Source of the DNA: a virus
Lineage: Duplodnaviria; Heunggongvirae; Uroviricota; Caudoviricetes
Length of the DNA stretch: 64,000 bases
Direction: 5' to 3' (one strand)
Virus record (IMG/VR): IMGVR_UViG_3300045988_146577
Shown here piece after piece: positions 8,738 to 19,754 of this stretch. The position numbers and the translations under genes are program-made. Within the stretch, counting starts at the first letter, position 1. Every line of letters starts with the position of its first letter. The notes under the pieces are model-generated. The model searched no databases, had not been told where the DNA came from, and saw nothing but the letters and a program-made list of their open reading frames with translations.

Positions 8738-11700
8738 TCAGTTACTTGTTGCCCCAACAGTACCGGCAAATTTCAGCCATTGACCTGACGGACTTCTATT
8801 ACTGCGGTAGTGATAAACGAGGATTGCGTTTGTCACTCCACCGTAATCAGCTTTATGTGACGTTGTTAAACGAATTGTATAATCACCGTTAGGTAGATTA
8901 AAAACTTCGATTATAGATTCTGCTAATTCTACAGCACCAAATCCCGTTATATTGTTGATACTGCCAGCATTGAATCCCATAGCATCGCCAAAGCCAATCC
9001 AATATCTTTTGCTAAACGCCCCATTTGATTTAAGGTGGCTAATGAATGTGGACAAACTCATGCCCATATCCCCACCTGAAATAGAGGAAGTTCGCACAGT
9101 CATGCTTGGAAGAGCACTGCTCTTCACATAGGAACTTAGAAGATTCGTTACCTCTGTTTTCGTATAAGCATTAAGGTTAGCCGCAGTCAAAGTAATATCG
9201 GCAGAGCCATCAAACGCCACACCAGCAATTTTCCTTGCTGTCTGCAATTTTGTGGCGGTTGCAGCATTACCAGTAGTGTTCTGGTTCCCATCTGCATTCA
9301 CACCTGGGATGCTGTCTTTTTTAGTATATATCTGAGTCCAGTCCTCTTCGAACCCATAGCCATCACGTGATGAACGGTAATACAATCCACCATTTTTATA
9401 ATGCGCTCGGATTTGGAGAGTCCGACAACTACCTACGCCTATATAAAAATTTGCAACGATATAAGAATCCCCGGAGCGTGTAACATTATACGCACCTGAT
9501 TCGGCATTCCACGGGACCGCACCACTAGTATCGGCATAAGTTCCAGTAGCGCGTCGAGCAAAAGCAGATACATTTGCAGCTGTTAGTGTTATATCAGCAG
9601 AACCATCAAAAGACACGCCGCTTATTTTTCTAGCAGTTTGCAACTTCGTAGCTGTTGAAGCATTACCGTTCAAACTACCATTTACGCCACCAGTAACATT
9701 TAGTCCATTACCAATGGACACAGCACCGCTGGTATTATTAATTGTAATAGGTCGCAAACCGTTCCATGAACCTAATGTGTTTCCTGATGCTGTTAGCATG
9801 AAATATGTGTTCGATCCATCATTACGGATAAAGAACCCAAAGCTACCGTAAGCAATGCGGAAACCATTTGCATATTTTGAAACGATCTCACCAGAAGACG
9901 TTAATCCGCCAGTTAACGCTCCTCCAGATAGTGGTAAAGCTCCGACATCAGCCGCAGTAGGCTTGTTTTTAGTGTTATACGCTCTGCGCCATCCTGGTGA
10001 ATAGCTCGTCCCGTTAAATACATAGATAAACTCCGCATTAGTGAGAGCACCAGAGACACTCGTCGTTGTGGCCGTTGTTATACGGATCGTATAATTGTTT
10101 GAGCTACTACCGTTATTAAATACCTCAATAACTGCGCCAGCCAGTGGAATAATGCCGCATCCTGTTTCGCTGTCTGGTATGGATGCACTATTTGCATACG
10201 CCCAAGCACAACGCGCTATCCATGCCTTTGCATTAAAAGCACCATTATTTTGCAATAACGTCACTAACTGTGCTGTTGTTATTGCTCCGCCATTACTTCC
10301 TGTAGTTAACCAACCAGTAGGAGATGCCGGGCAACCTATATTTGTTGGCGACAAGGAAATATTTGCCGAGCCGTCAAACGACACCCCATTGATAGTACGC
10401 GCAGTCTGCAACTTCGTAGCAGTAGCCGCGTTGCCCGTTGTATTCTGATTACCAGTCGTATTAACACCTGGCAAATTAATATTCGCAGTACCATCAAAGC
10501 TCACGCCGCCGATAGTTCTTGCCGTCTGAAGTTTTGTAGCAGTTGCAGCATTACCAGTGGTGTTCTGATTACCCGTAGTATTTACACCTGGAAGGTTGAT
10601 ATTTGCAGAACCGTCGAAACCAACTCCACCGATAGATCTTGCCGTCTGCAATTTCGTTGCTGTACTTGCATTACCATTTAATGTTCCGGTGATCCCACCA
10701 GTAACAGACAACGGACCTGAAACTGTTCCTCCGGTTGTTGGCAGTGCTCCAATATCTAACGGCGTCGGTTTCTGATGTGTGCTATACATCGTATAAACAA
10801 CACCATCGGTAACGCTGGAAGGCTTACTAGCTGAATATGTTGGCGATGTATAAATAGAAACTGTCGCATTTGCAGTACAATCCCAATGGATATTTACACG
10901 AGTCGCATAATTGCCAATCTCAACGTAAATATCATATGTATCGCCGGATGTGTTGATCCAGGCGAAATTCGTTAATCCGACAGCTGTACGCTTCCACAAA
11001 GCACCTGTAATCCCTTTGGGGTTTCCATTGCCTGCTCGTAGAACCAGTTCTGAAATGCCTGCCTGATGTGGGGAGCCGACGTTGTAACCAGCGCCACCAA
11101 TCAATGCGATGTAAACGATGGAACTCGCTTGTGGCATTGTAACAGTAGCCAGTTTGAACCACCCGGCCCCGCCAGAGAAAGACATCGTTATTGAATTTAA
11201 AGTACCAATATCTTTCGGCGTTAATGTGATATCCGCAGTCAGTGCTTTACCGTTAACTTTTCGGTTAGATGGCACCCTGCTATTCGCATTGTCATTGGCT
11301 GCTTTAACTGCTTTTGGCGTTGCGGCCAGCGATTCACTGGTGCTATCAACAGCACTGCTAAGTTTCACAACACCTTTAGTTGTAAGGCTTGCGTCTTCCA
11401 TCGCAACTGCACCGGCAATCTCTTCAGCACGATCAGCAGCAGCTTCCGCACGGGTCGCAGCGGATTCAGCAGCAGTTTTGCTCTGAGATGCTGCCGTCGC
11501 ACTGCCTGCCGCCTCTGTCGCCTTCGTGGATGCTGTCGTGGCGCTGCCCTTCGCTGCGGACGCTTGTCTGGTCGCCTCATCTTTTGAAGCAGACGCCGAT
11601 GATGCCGATGACGCCGCCGAACTGGCGGACGATGCGGCAGCCGTTTTTGAGGATTCTGCGCTGGTTTCCGACGCTTTCGCGTTCGTTTCGGATGTCTTCG

Positions 11701-12763
11701 CTGCGGAAGCTGACCTCGCTGCTGCGCTGGCCTGTTCAGTGGCTTCGCCAGCCTTCGTTGTGGCTGTTGAAGCGGATGATGCGGCGCTTTCTGCCGATTT
11801 TCCGGCGGCGGTGGCACTGGCTGAGGCCTGCCCGGCACTTGTTGACGCGGCACTGGCAGACGACGCAGCCGCTGTTTTTGAGCCTGCCGCAGCTGAGGCG
11901 CTCTGTCCCGCTGCCGTCTCAGAAGACCTGGCGTTCGCCTCGGACTTTTTTGCCGCCTTCGCGGAATTTCCTGCCGCCGTTGCCGAGGAAGCGGCACTAC
12001 TGGCGCTCGAGGATGCGTTCGTTTCTGATGATTTCGCTGCCTCTTTTGAGGCCGCCGCATCCCGGGCTGAGGTGGCAGCTTCTGACGCCTTCGTGGTCGC
12101 GGTGGATGCAGAAGTGGCTGCAGATTTTTGTGACGCTGCAGCATTCGTTTCAGACGTTTTCGCGGCACCGGCACTGGTGGCCGCCGCGCTTTTTGAGGAC
12201 TCTGCAGCGGATGCACTTTGAGACGCTTGAGAGGCTTTTTCTCCAGCGGTATTGGCGCTTTCTGCTGCTGCGGCAGCACTGGCCGCCGCCTCACGAGCTT
12301 TGTCGCCAGCAGCATCAATCGCGTCAGTGTTATTTTTATACCACTCAACGTTTTCGTTGTGCTCGTTGACGATCTGCATTAGCGGCTTAACGGTCACTTC
12401 TGTACCGTCTTCACGCTCGATTGTCACCTCATCCAGAGCAGTCAACCAACTGCGCATGGACTTGGAATCAGCCGACATACGCGACATTAGTGCTGTAAAG
12501 CGCGCGCTAAACTGTGTTAAGTCGCCTTCATAGGTCGTAATGATTCGGCACGGAACTTCAGACTGAGTTTCGCCGGTATAAGGTTCTGAGAGAACAATGT
12601 TCGTATCGCTTATTACGCGCTTGATCTCATACAGCTTATTGTCGGGGCCAATGACGATCATCCCCGGCAACACACCATTAGCTGTTACGTTCCAGGCTGT
12701 CCCTGCCCCAACCAGAGTATTGCTACCCTGTGTAAATGTGATAGTACCTTCCCTGTACCACAT
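8738..12763 (-). CDS. tail fibre protein with repeated GNAATATKLQTAR (phage tail-fibre repeat) units and a long Ala/Ser-rich low-complexity segment
   Basis: 1341 aa; at least 5 copies of NTTGNAATATKLQTAR-type repeat; directly downstream of J-like gene. Confidence 0.8.
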   Translation of the reverse strand: MWYREGTITFTQGSNTLVGAGTAWNVTANGVLPGMIVIGPDNKLYEIKRVISDTNIVLSEPYTGETQSEVPCRIITTYEGDLTQFSARFTALMSRMSADSKSMRSWLTALDEVTIEREDGTEVTVKPLMQIVNEHNENVEWYKNNTDAIDAAGDKAREAAASAAAAAESANTAGEKASQASQSASAAESSKSAAATSAGAAKTSETNAAASQKSAATSASTATTKASEAATSARDAAASKEAAKSSETNASSSASSAASSATAAGNSAKAAKKSEANARSSETAAGQSASAAAGSKTAAASSASAASTSAGQASASATAAGKSAESAASSASTATTKAGEATEQASAAARSASAAKTSETNAKASETSAESSKTAAASSASSAASSASSASASKDEATRQASAAKGSATTASTKATEAAGSATAASQSKTAAESAATRAEAAADRAEEIAGAVAMEDASLTTKGVVKLSSAVDSTSESLAATPKAVKAANDNANSRVPSNRKVNGKALTADITLTPKDIGTLNSITMSFSGGAGWFKLATVTMPQASSIVYIALIGGAGYNVGSPHQAGISELVLRAGNGNPKGITGALWKRTAVGLTNFAWINTSGDTYDIYVEIGNYATRVNIHWDCTANATVSIYTSPTYSASKPSSVTDGVVYTMYSTHQKPTPLDIGALPTTGGTVSGPLSVTGGITGTLNGNASTATKLQTARSIGGVGFDGSANINLPGVNTTGNQNTTGNAATATKLQTARTIGGVSFDGTANINLPGVNTTGNQNTTGNAATATKLQTARTINGVSFDGSANISLSPTNIGCPASPTGWLTTGSNGGAITTAQLVTLLQNNGAFNAKAWIARCAWAYANSASIPDSETGCGIIPLAGAVIEVFNNGSSSNNYTIRITTATTTSVSGALTNAEFIYVFNGTSYSPGWRRAYNTKNKPTAADVGALPLSGGALTGGLTSSGEIVSKYANGFRIAYGSFGFFIRNDGSNTYFMLTASGNTLGSWNGLRPITINNTSGAVSIGNGLNVTGGVNGSLNGNASTATKLQTARKISGVSFDGSADITLTAANVSAFARRATGTYADTSGAVPWNAESGAYNVTRSGDSYIVANFYIGVGSCRTLQIRAHYKNGGLYYRSSRDGYGFEEDWTQIYTKKDSIPGVNADGNQNTTGNAATATKLQTARKIAGVAFDGSADITLTAANLNAYTKTEVTNLLSSYVKSSALPSMTVRTSSISGGDMGMSLSTFISHLKSNGAFSKRYWIGFGDAMGFNAGSINNITGFGAVELAESIIEVFNLPNGDYTIRLTTSHKADYGGVTNAILVYHYRSNRSPSGQWLKFAGTVGATSN

Positions 12764-12807
12764 GTTGAATATGCTCCTTGATTTGGCGGGCTATCCTTGC
12801 CCGCCAT

Positions 12808-12826
12808 TAAGTAAATACTTACCTAT
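12808..12826 (-). promoter_or_regulatory. class-2 palindrome upstream of tail fibre gene
   Basis: TAAGTAAATACTTACCTAT followed by hairpin and AAGGAG RBS. Confidence 0.45.
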
Positions 12827-12856
12827 TTTTACCGATATAAAATTTTTTTTCCACCA

Positions 12857-15800
12857 TCACAGACGGCCAATTCTTACTCGTAGGACGTTGTTATCGTCAT
12901 AAACGTCAATCCGCTGACCATTTATAACCAATCGCCCATTGCCGCCGCTATTACCGTTGATCTCAAGCGTTCCATTTTTGCCGAACCGCCATCCAGATCT
13001 ACCGCTAACAAAATTGGTAGATTGCAGATCGCCTACTTTTGCATTGGTGATTGTGCCATCCTTGATATACGCTCCATTCATATAGGCGATACTGTTTTCG
13101 ATAACAAATGGCGTTGTGATCTTCCCGTTAACAGAGTTGACCAAACCAAACCTGTCCGCCTGAACCAAAAACTGAGATAGCCCAGTGGTGTCAATACCAA
13201 GAGCAATACCGGCAACATACTTCTGCCCTCCGCTCGTTGAAGTCTCCATTTTCAACGTCCACGCGGTTGAGACTTTTTTGTTGGTATCAGCAATGGCTGT
13301 TGCCTGCTGTTGAATTGTCGCGGTATTTCCATCCACCTCTGCTTTCAGAGTATCGATTCGCCCACTTAGAGCATTATCTGCCTGCGTTCTCGCTGTCGTT
13401 TCAGTTGTGACCGCCGCAGAAATGTTGGCTGCCGTTTGAGACTCTAAGTTTGTGATTTGAGTCGCCAGTGCCGCATCTTGCTCTGTACGCGTTTTCGTTT
13501 CGGTTGCTACAGCCGCTTTAATATCCTCTTTGTATTGAGAGGTCAGCTTGGTGATCTGAGACGACAACGCCGAGTCAGCATCAGTTCGAGCCTGCGTTTC
13601 AACTGCAACGGCCGCACTAATATCTTTCGCAGTCTGTGCTTTTAAACTTGAAACCTCTTTTGTTAAAGCGGTATCACCATCTGCACGAGCCGTTGTTTCT
13701 CTGGCAAGAGATGCCTCAAGATCATTAGCTTTTGCTGTAAGAGACGTAATCTGAGTGGACAATGCACTATCGGCATCAGTCCTTGCCTTTGTCTCTACAG
13801 CAACCGCTGCGGCAATATCAGTTCCGGTCTGTGCTCGCAGGCTGTTAATTTCTCGTGAGAGCGCCTGGTCAGCACTTGCCCTGGCCTCCTGCTCCTGAGT
13901 GATGGCAGCGGATATATCACCGTCAACCTTTGACTGAAGCTGGTTTATTTGTTTGGCTAACGCAGAGTCCCCGCTTGCTCGAGCCTCCTGCTCACTACGT
14001 ATTGCAGCAGAAATATCATCATCAACCTTTGCCTGAAGTTGTGTGATCTGGCTTGCCAGAGCCGAATCTTCCGTTGCTCGGGCTTCTTGCTCTTCCTTAA
14101 TAGCTGCGACGATATCGTTGCTTACTTTCGACTCAAGCTGAGTGATCTGTGTCGTCAGAGCTTCATCGGCAGATGTACGAGCCTCCTGCTCTGTACTAAT
14201 CGCCGCGCTGATATCTCCTTCAAACTTAGATTGCAGCTGAGTGACACGCTTTGCCAACGCTTCATCGCCATCGGCACGAGCGGTGGACTCTTCCAGAATA
14301 CTGGCCTTAATGTCTTCGCCAATTTCTACGCGAATTTCCTCAACCTTCGTGGCCATTGCAGACATATCATCAGCAAAGGTTTTCTGTGTTGTTGCGATCT
14401 TCGCGTTATTGACCATCTGCTTGTGCTGGTCTTCATCTTGACGAAGAGCCAGGTCAATATTTGTTTTGGCCAACGCCTCAATGTTCGTAGTCAGTTCTGC
14501 ACTGGCACGATCGACCTCTGCAACCGTCTTTTTCATTTCTTCAACGGCAGCGGAGCTTTCCTCTACCGTTGACTGCAACACTTCCAGTTGTTTAGCGTTT
14601 GCAGCATCGCCTTCAACACGAGCCTCGCTTTCCTTAGCAATAAGAGCCGCCGCTTCATCTCTTGCAGCCTTTATTGCCTCGACTGTATTAGCGAGAGCTT
14701 TATCGTGTTCAGATACGGTGTTTTCGATTTCAACAATTGCAGCATCAGTAGCATCAATTTTTTCAAACGCTTCATTGACCTTGTCGATCGTTGCCGAAAC
14801 CTCACCTTTAAGCTCGGTTTGTGCGTTCTCCAAAGCATCGCTACGCTCGTTGAATTTTATTTCAAAATCCGCGAGGTTATCGCTGAACTGCTTATCTAAT
14901 TCAGCTATATCTTCCTTAACGTCGTTTACCGACCCCTCCAAAGATTCGACGCTCTGGTTGATATGCTCATTTAACTCGTCAACTGCTTCTTGAGAGGCTT
15001 TGCTGTTGATGTCCTCAAGCAGAGCCTGACCAAGCTCGGAAGATGTAATTTTGCCAGTCAGGAACGACAGTACATCGCGAGTTGTCGCCTCTGTACCCAA
15101 GTTTGAGTTCGGAGGACTTAACATACCTCGCTTGTTCGATGCTCGAACCCAGTAATACCACGTTTCGCTATCCCCAAGACCAGCATGTGTAAAGGTGGTG
15201 CTTGCAGACTCTGCGATCAGTTTCGCCGTATCCAGATTGTTGGTCTGGGATGCGTAAACATTAATGTGATCAAGGTCTACCGAATCTGGATTAACCCAAT
15301 TCAGTATCACATTACGATAGTCTCCAACGGCCGTTAATGACGTTGGTGCATCCGGCGGTGTCATTGTGCCCAGCACCTGATAAACGGCACTGATAATTTC
15401 TGTTTTTTTACCGTTGAATGAAACCGCATACAGTTGGAAGTCGTAGCGTCCATTCTCCGCGACATTAACGATTTCGTATTGCTCTTCGGTTACACGCGCC
15501 GATTGCCAGTTCGATACATTGTTTTCATCAGAACGTCGCCAACTGATCCAATACTCTGGAGATTTCCCTTCCCATGTTGCAGTCAGTTTTACTGACAGGT
15601 TGCCAGGGCTTGAGAGATAAGTCCCTTCGGTGATTTGCAAATTAGACGGCTTGGAGTAAGTCGGGTCCAATACCGTCGTATTTTGCGGGATAAGCGTTGC
15701 ACCATTGTCGATCGCCTCATATTTAGACGGATTGTTCTCAACAGCGGTGATGTCAAAGCTACCCGGCGTTTCCCCCTGCGCGATGTTAACGATGCGAACG

Positions 15801-17590
15801 CGCATAGGTTCGAGGTCTGGTTCTGTAATAGTCCAGACGCCGTTCAAAACAGGCGTTTCAGCCGAAGACAGGGATTTTGAAAACGTAACTTTTGTTATAT
15901 TTTCGCCAGTTTCAAGAACATCGCGTTCAACGATTTTGCCTTCCTGATTCAGTATTCGAATAAAGCAGCCGCCTTTGGCTAACGACACCGGCGCATCGAG
16001 TGTGACGCTGTTTTTGGTAAACGCCACAATTCGACCTGAGTTACGTTTGCCTGCGCGATATTTGTTCTGAATCAGAACGGTTTCACCAGGCATCAGAAAT
16101 GACGCGTCTAAGCCGGCAGTAAATGTAATTACATCCGACTCCATTCTGGCGGTATATAAAAGCCACAAACCAACTCGGTGAGCCTGCCCTCGGCTTGTAC
16201 AGCCAAATGCTACGACTTCTGTCTTACGCTCACCATAACGGCGCATTGCGTCCTGATCTTCAACGTACTCGATGTTTTGCTTATAACCGTCCTCCTTGTT
16301 GTTGTAGGTTACGAGCGCAACGGATGGGCGATCTTTACGCGCAGAACCTTTATAGGTAAACAATCCATCTTTGACGTTAGAGTTGGTAAACATCATTACC
16401 GGATCTGATGGGCTATCCTGCATGATGTTAACCATCCCACCAGCCCAAAACACCATGCCGCGGAATGCTCCAGCAATATCCTGAATTAGTCGGTATGCGT
16501 CCTGTCGACTGGTGATCTGCGTATTGATTGCAAAGCGTTTCTCTTTGCCACCAAAGCCATCATCGACCTCTTCGTCACAATATCGACCAATCTGGTACAA
16601 CTGGCCAAGGTCAATCATAGATTCCGACACATACTGACCAAGGCCATATCGAGCATTGGTCAGCAAATCAAAGAGAATCCACGCGGGGTTCGAAGAAGAC
16701 AACAGCTTAAAAGTGCCATCCCATACCCCAGCGTAAGTGTTACTGGACTCGTTATAGTTTGAAGGTACTCGAATTTTTAGGCCACGCACCAGATAAGAGC
16801 GAGATGGCATGGTGCTGCCGAATTGCTCAGAGTTTACCTTCAATCCAACTAAAACAGAGTTTGGATAGTTCATCGGTGTATCGACAATTTCCCCGATTGA
16901 ATCCACCCATGTATCGTTATAGAGATACTGGCTACTGTTATCATCGGTAATACGGACTACACGAACCTTGTATGCGCGTCCAGGCTTAGGCAGCTTCAGC
17001 TCGTAGCTACGGTAATAAACGCCGGTCTTCTTTGCTGTTAGCTTAATGCCAACGCTTTTTTCACCTTCCGCGACCACATCTACAAATGTTGAGTCGCCAT
17101 TTGCTATCTGGAACTTGTACTCAACAGTCGTACCGTTCGTGTCACCAGTTTTTTTATCTATGCTTCGCAAAGAAGGAAACTTCATGATGACACGAACCCG
17201 ATCAGCTTCATCGTTATCGATTGAAACCGTTACATAATGTGTTTTTTTTAACTGGATATTGACGGATTTAGGCGTTTCAACGAAATCAAAGCCAGACATT
17301 GGAGTTTGGTCTTGCGAACCGTCGCGAAAATCCCATGTGATTCCGCTGAAGTTGGAGGAACCGTCTTCATTTACAATCGGCAGATCGTCGATAAAAATAG
17401 ATCTTGCGCCATTTACCAAGCCGCCAATTACACCTTCCCCAAGAAGATCGAGGATAGCGGCCATTGCACGAGAATTTACGGTATCGTCGGCTTCAACCGG
17501 TGTACGGCTAGAGCTTTTGCTGCTTTTTTTACCACCCGCACCTGCAATAAACAGCGGTAACTTTTTCTTCTTGAACTGTTCCATGTTCAA
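12857..17590 (-). CDS. lambda gpJ-like central tail fibre / host-specificity protein with long coiled-coil tandem repeats
   Basis: N-terminus resembles lambda J (GSSK...AILDLLGEGVIGGLVNG); about 500 aa of Ala/Glu-rich 29-aa periodic repeats; 1577 aa. Confidence 0.85.
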   Translation of the reverse strand: MNMEQFKKKKLPLFIAGAGGKKSSKSSSRTPVEADDTVNSRAMAAILDLLGEGVIGGLVNGARSIFIDDLPIVNEDGSSNFSGITWDFRDGSQDQTPMSGFDFVETPKSVNIQLKKTHYVTVSIDNDEADRVRVIMKFPSLRSIDKKTGDTNGTTVEYKFQIANGDSTFVDVVAEGEKSVGIKLTAKKTGVYYRSYELKLPKPGRAYKVRVVRITDDNSSQYLYNDTWVDSIGEIVDTPMNYPNSVLVGLKVNSEQFGSTMPSRSYLVRGLKIRVPSNYNESSNTYAGVWDGTFKLLSSSNPAWILFDLLTNARYGLGQYVSESMIDLGQLYQIGRYCDEEVDDGFGGKEKRFAINTQITSRQDAYRLIQDIAGAFRGMVFWAGGMVNIMQDSPSDPVMMFTNSNVKDGLFTYKGSARKDRPSVALVTYNNKEDGYKQNIEYVEDQDAMRRYGERKTEVVAFGCTSRGQAHRVGLWLLYTARMESDVITFTAGLDASFLMPGETVLIQNKYRAGKRNSGRIVAFTKNSVTLDAPVSLAKGGCFIRILNQEGKIVERDVLETGENITKVTFSKSLSSAETPVLNGVWTITEPDLEPMRVRIVNIAQGETPGSFDITAVENNPSKYEAIDNGATLIPQNTTVLDPTYSKPSNLQITEGTYLSSPGNLSVKLTATWEGKSPEYWISWRRSDENNVSNWQSARVTEEQYEIVNVAENGRYDFQLYAVSFNGKKTEIISAVYQVLGTMTPPDAPTSLTAVGDYRNVILNWVNPDSVDLDHINVYASQTNNLDTAKLIAESASTTFTHAGLGDSETWYYWVRASNKRGMLSPPNSNLGTEATTRDVLSFLTGKITSSELGQALLEDINSKASQEAVDELNEHINQSVESLEGSVNDVKEDIAELDKQFSDNLADFEIKFNERSDALENAQTELKGEVSATIDKVNEAFEKIDATDAAIVEIENTVSEHDKALANTVEAIKAARDEAAALIAKESEARVEGDAANAKQLEVLQSTVEESSAAVEEMKKTVAEVDRASAELTTNIEALAKTNIDLALRQDEDQHKQMVNNAKIATTQKTFADDMSAMATKVEEIRVEIGEDIKASILEESTARADGDEALAKRVTQLQSKFEGDISAAISTEQEARTSADEALTTQITQLESKVSNDIVAAIKEEQEARATEDSALASQITQLQAKVDDDISAAIRSEQEARASGDSALAKQINQLQSKVDGDISAAITQEQEARASADQALSREINSLRAQTGTDIAAAVAVETKARTDADSALSTQITSLTAKANDLEASLARETTARADGDTALTKEVSSLKAQTAKDISAAVAVETQARTDADSALSSQITKLTSQYKEDIKAAVATETKTRTEQDAALATQITNLESQTAANISAAVTTETTARTQADNALSGRIDTLKAEVDGNTATIQQQATAIADTNKKVSTAWTLKMETSTSGGQKYVAGIALGIDTTGLSQFLVQADRFGLVNSVNGKITTPFVIENSIAYMNGAYIKDGTITNAKVGDLQSTNFVSGRSGWRFGKNGTLEINGNSGGNGRLVINGQRIDVYDDNNVLRVRIGRL

Positions 17591-17602
17591 AAAAATCCTT
17601 GT

Positions 17603-18196
17603 TTACATTAGCTGGTCAATCGTGATTGAAGAACTCACAACCTGTGAGCCAACCAGAATTTCCTCGCCGTAGATAAGTTGTACTGGGTTTCCCTGGTTTT
17701 CTGTATTTTGAGGGCCGTCGAAATAATATGAGTTCGAATTATCCGCTTGCCTCACACTTTCGTTAGTGGCTTGCGGCGATATGATTTGTGATATACCGCC
17801 CATCATCAGTGACAAACCGAGAGGTGCTAAAGCAGGCATCATTACCGCCGATACAACCAACAAAGCGGCCCCTACTACCGTCTGAAACCACCCAAAAGCA
17901 GATCCGCCGCTCCCTCGCGGAACAGGGGTAATGCGTATTTTGGCAATGTTGTCAGACTGCCCCATCATCTGATATTCACTCTCGTCCACAGACCACTTGT
18001 GACCCTGTTTATTGGTGATCTGGATGTGGTATCTGTCATAGGTTTTGATGTTGCGCTTCATCCATGCTTTAAACCCAGGCTTGTTAGCCTCAATTAAATC
18101 CAGAGCCTGTTTTGTATTACGCACCTTTAGATGCCAGTGGCGGCCAAAATGTTTGGCCATAGGGCCGCCAAGCTGCACATGAACTAACTCAGACAC
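17603..18196 (-). CDS. lambda gpI-like tail assembly protein
   Basis: Size and position (between K and J); hydrophobic central segment as in gpI. Confidence 0.65.
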   Translation of the reverse strand: MSELVHVQLGGPMAKHFGRHWHLKVRNTKQALDLIEANKPGFKAWMKRNIKTYDRYHIQITNKQGHKWSVDESEYQMMGQSDNIAKIRITPVPRGSGGSAFGWFQTVVGAALLVVSAVMMPALAPLGLSLMMGGISQIISPQATNESVRQADNSNSYYFDGPQNTENQGNPVQLIYGEEILVGSQVVSSSITIDQLM

Positions 18197-19008
18197 GTCT
18201 CATCTCCCTTGAGCAAGTCTCTGTGACGCAAGTGATGCGTCGTATGTTTCTGATACATTCCGCCGTAATAAGCACGACAACTAAGGCGGTCGATCTGGTG
18301 ATGAAGAATCATTCCATCGCCGATATAAACCGCGCAGTGGTCAGGCATTTTCCCGTATTGGATAAAGAAGATGTCCCCACGTTGAGGCTCTGTTCCGGGC
18401 GCAAGACGCACCAATCCCTCGTTACGGTAGTTCTGATCGAGAATGTCGTTATCGCCGGTGTACCACGATGGAATATGCAGGTGTGCGTTCGGGTTTAGTT
18501 CGACGTTAAACTCACGCTTCAAATAGTCCCGACACAACATCCAGCAATCGAATACGCCAAATACATACGGTCTGCCCAGATATGGCATTTCGAAACCATC
18601 AGGTGTGATCACATTCATCTCGCTAAAATGGAAAGGGGCATCTCCCTCAACATTCTTGCGAATAGCCAGAATCATCCACGGAACTTCCGTCGCTTCGCAG
18701 CCTGCACGATCGGCATCAGATGCTTCTGCTGATTCATCAGTATGTGAATGCCAGATTGCGATAACATCACCCGCATCCTCTGCCGCCATAATGTCGTCAA
18801 CGTGCATTACAAAAGTGTTCTGCGGGTTCTCCGAAACATTCCGCGCTTCCATAAAGCGATATTTGTCGCCATTAGTTCTAACCAGAAAGCCACACGCTTC
18901 ATTAGGGTAGCGATTTATGGCGCAGAGATAGATTTGCTGCATAACGTCAGAGCCAAGCTCAGGGATTGCTTTATTACCCATACCGCGTAGCTCCAATAAA
19001 TCCGCCAA
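18184..19008 (-). CDS. lambda gpK-like tail assembly protein (MPN/JAMM + NlpC/P60-like)
   Basis: HSH..D JAMM-like motif (IAIWHSHTDESAEASDADR) and Cys/His NlpC-like region; synteny L-K-I; true start may be an internal Met. Confidence 0.75.
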   Translation of the reverse strand: MADLLELRGMGNKAIPELGSDVMQQIYLCAINRYPNEACGFLVRTNGDKYRFMEARNVSENPQNTFVMHVDDIMAAEDAGDVIAIWHSHTDESAEASDADRAGCEATEVPWMILAIRKNVEGDAPFHFSEMNVITPDGFEMPYLGRPYVFGVFDCWMLCRDYLKREFNVELNPNAHLHIPSWYTGDNDILDQNYRNEGLVRLAPGTEPQRGDIFFIQYGKMPDHCAVYIGDGMILHHQIDRLSCRAYYGGMYQKHTTHHLRHRDLLKGDETCLS

Positions 19009-19672
19009 AATGGATCACACCGTCGGCAAAATAATTCCGACGCGCATTACAGGCGTCATAACGTTTTGTGCAGTAATCCGCACCAGACATAGACGTCTGC
19101 TGGTTATTTTTGTCGAAATATGGACCGGTATAGCCGCATTCTGGCCCTCGGTATTTCCACGGGCAGGTGTTTTTAATGATCTGACGATACGGCAGTTGCA
19201 CCCCCATCAAATCGAACACACTGGACAATTCAAACTCGACAACCTGATGAGTTTCGAGAGTTTTCTGTTCGATAAACCACATTTCATCCGGGAAATGTTG
19301 GTTTGGATCTGCTGTTGGGTTGCCATCTTTAAAATTAACGGCATCGAGGAAGCGAGCCAGCGTCATCTTGCGAATAATGCGGCAGCCAACAAGATCGTCG
19401 TTTGCCTGAACTTCCGCAGAGACAGTTCCGGCAAAGTTCGATACCTGAATTTTTGGACGTGGCAACGTTCCCTGGCCAGTTTTGTCAAAGCCTGATGCTT
19501 TGATTGGCCACGGCTCGTATGTCACTCCTTGCCAGACGACCGGTTGCATCAGTTCGTTTGTTCCGGCGTGGAAGAATAGCTCCCCCCCTGAAGTTGTGTT
19601 CGACATATCCAGTACGAACAACTCAATGAGTGCAGAGGGAGATAAGCTCTGAATATCAGCTTTAATTCCCAT
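18974..19672 (-). CDS. lambda gpL-like minor tail protein
   Basis: ARFLDAVNF and CPWKYRGPECGYTGP match lambda L signature; AAGGA RBS before M12 gives 232 aa (ORF track 18974..19705). Confidence 0.85.
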   Translation of the reverse strand: MGIKADIQSLSPSALIELFVLDMSNTTSGGELFFHAGTNELMQPVVWQGVTYEPWPIKASGFDKTGQGTLPRPKIQVSNFAGTVSAEVQANDDLVGCRIIRKMTLARFLDAVNFKDGNPTADPNQHFPDEMWFIEQKTLETHQVVEFELSSVFDLMGVQLPYRQIIKNTCPWKYRGPECGYTGPYFDKNNQQTSMSGADYCTKRYDACNARRNYFADGVIHFGGFIGATRYG

Positions 19673-19723
19673 TGTTTCATCCTTGAAATAAGTAGGCGCT
19701 AACATCCTGTCAGCGCCACAATG

Positions 19724-19746
19724 ATAGTAAATTAGTACTTACTTAT
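19724..19746 (-). promoter_or_regulatory. class-2 palindrome upstream of gpL-like gene
   Basis: ATAGTAAATTAGTACTTACTTAT. Confidence 0.45.
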
Positions 19747-19754
19747 CCAGATAC

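Noticed and set aside
11365-12369. Three long ORFs antisense to or overlapping the tail fibre gene (11365..12348 minus, 11389..12369 plus, 11526..12221 plus) with Arg/Pro-rich or Ala/Asp-rich translations
   Set aside because: They lie entirely within the GC-rich repetitive Ala/Ser-coding segment of the 1341-aa tail fibre gene; compositions are low-complexity artefacts of the repeat, with no RBS.
14039-14993. Plus-strand ORFs 14039..14572, 14466..14993 and 14588..14899 inside the J-like gene
   Set aside because: Antisense to the coiled-coil repeat region of the 1577-aa J-like gene; Ser/Cys/Leu-rich low-complexity translations.
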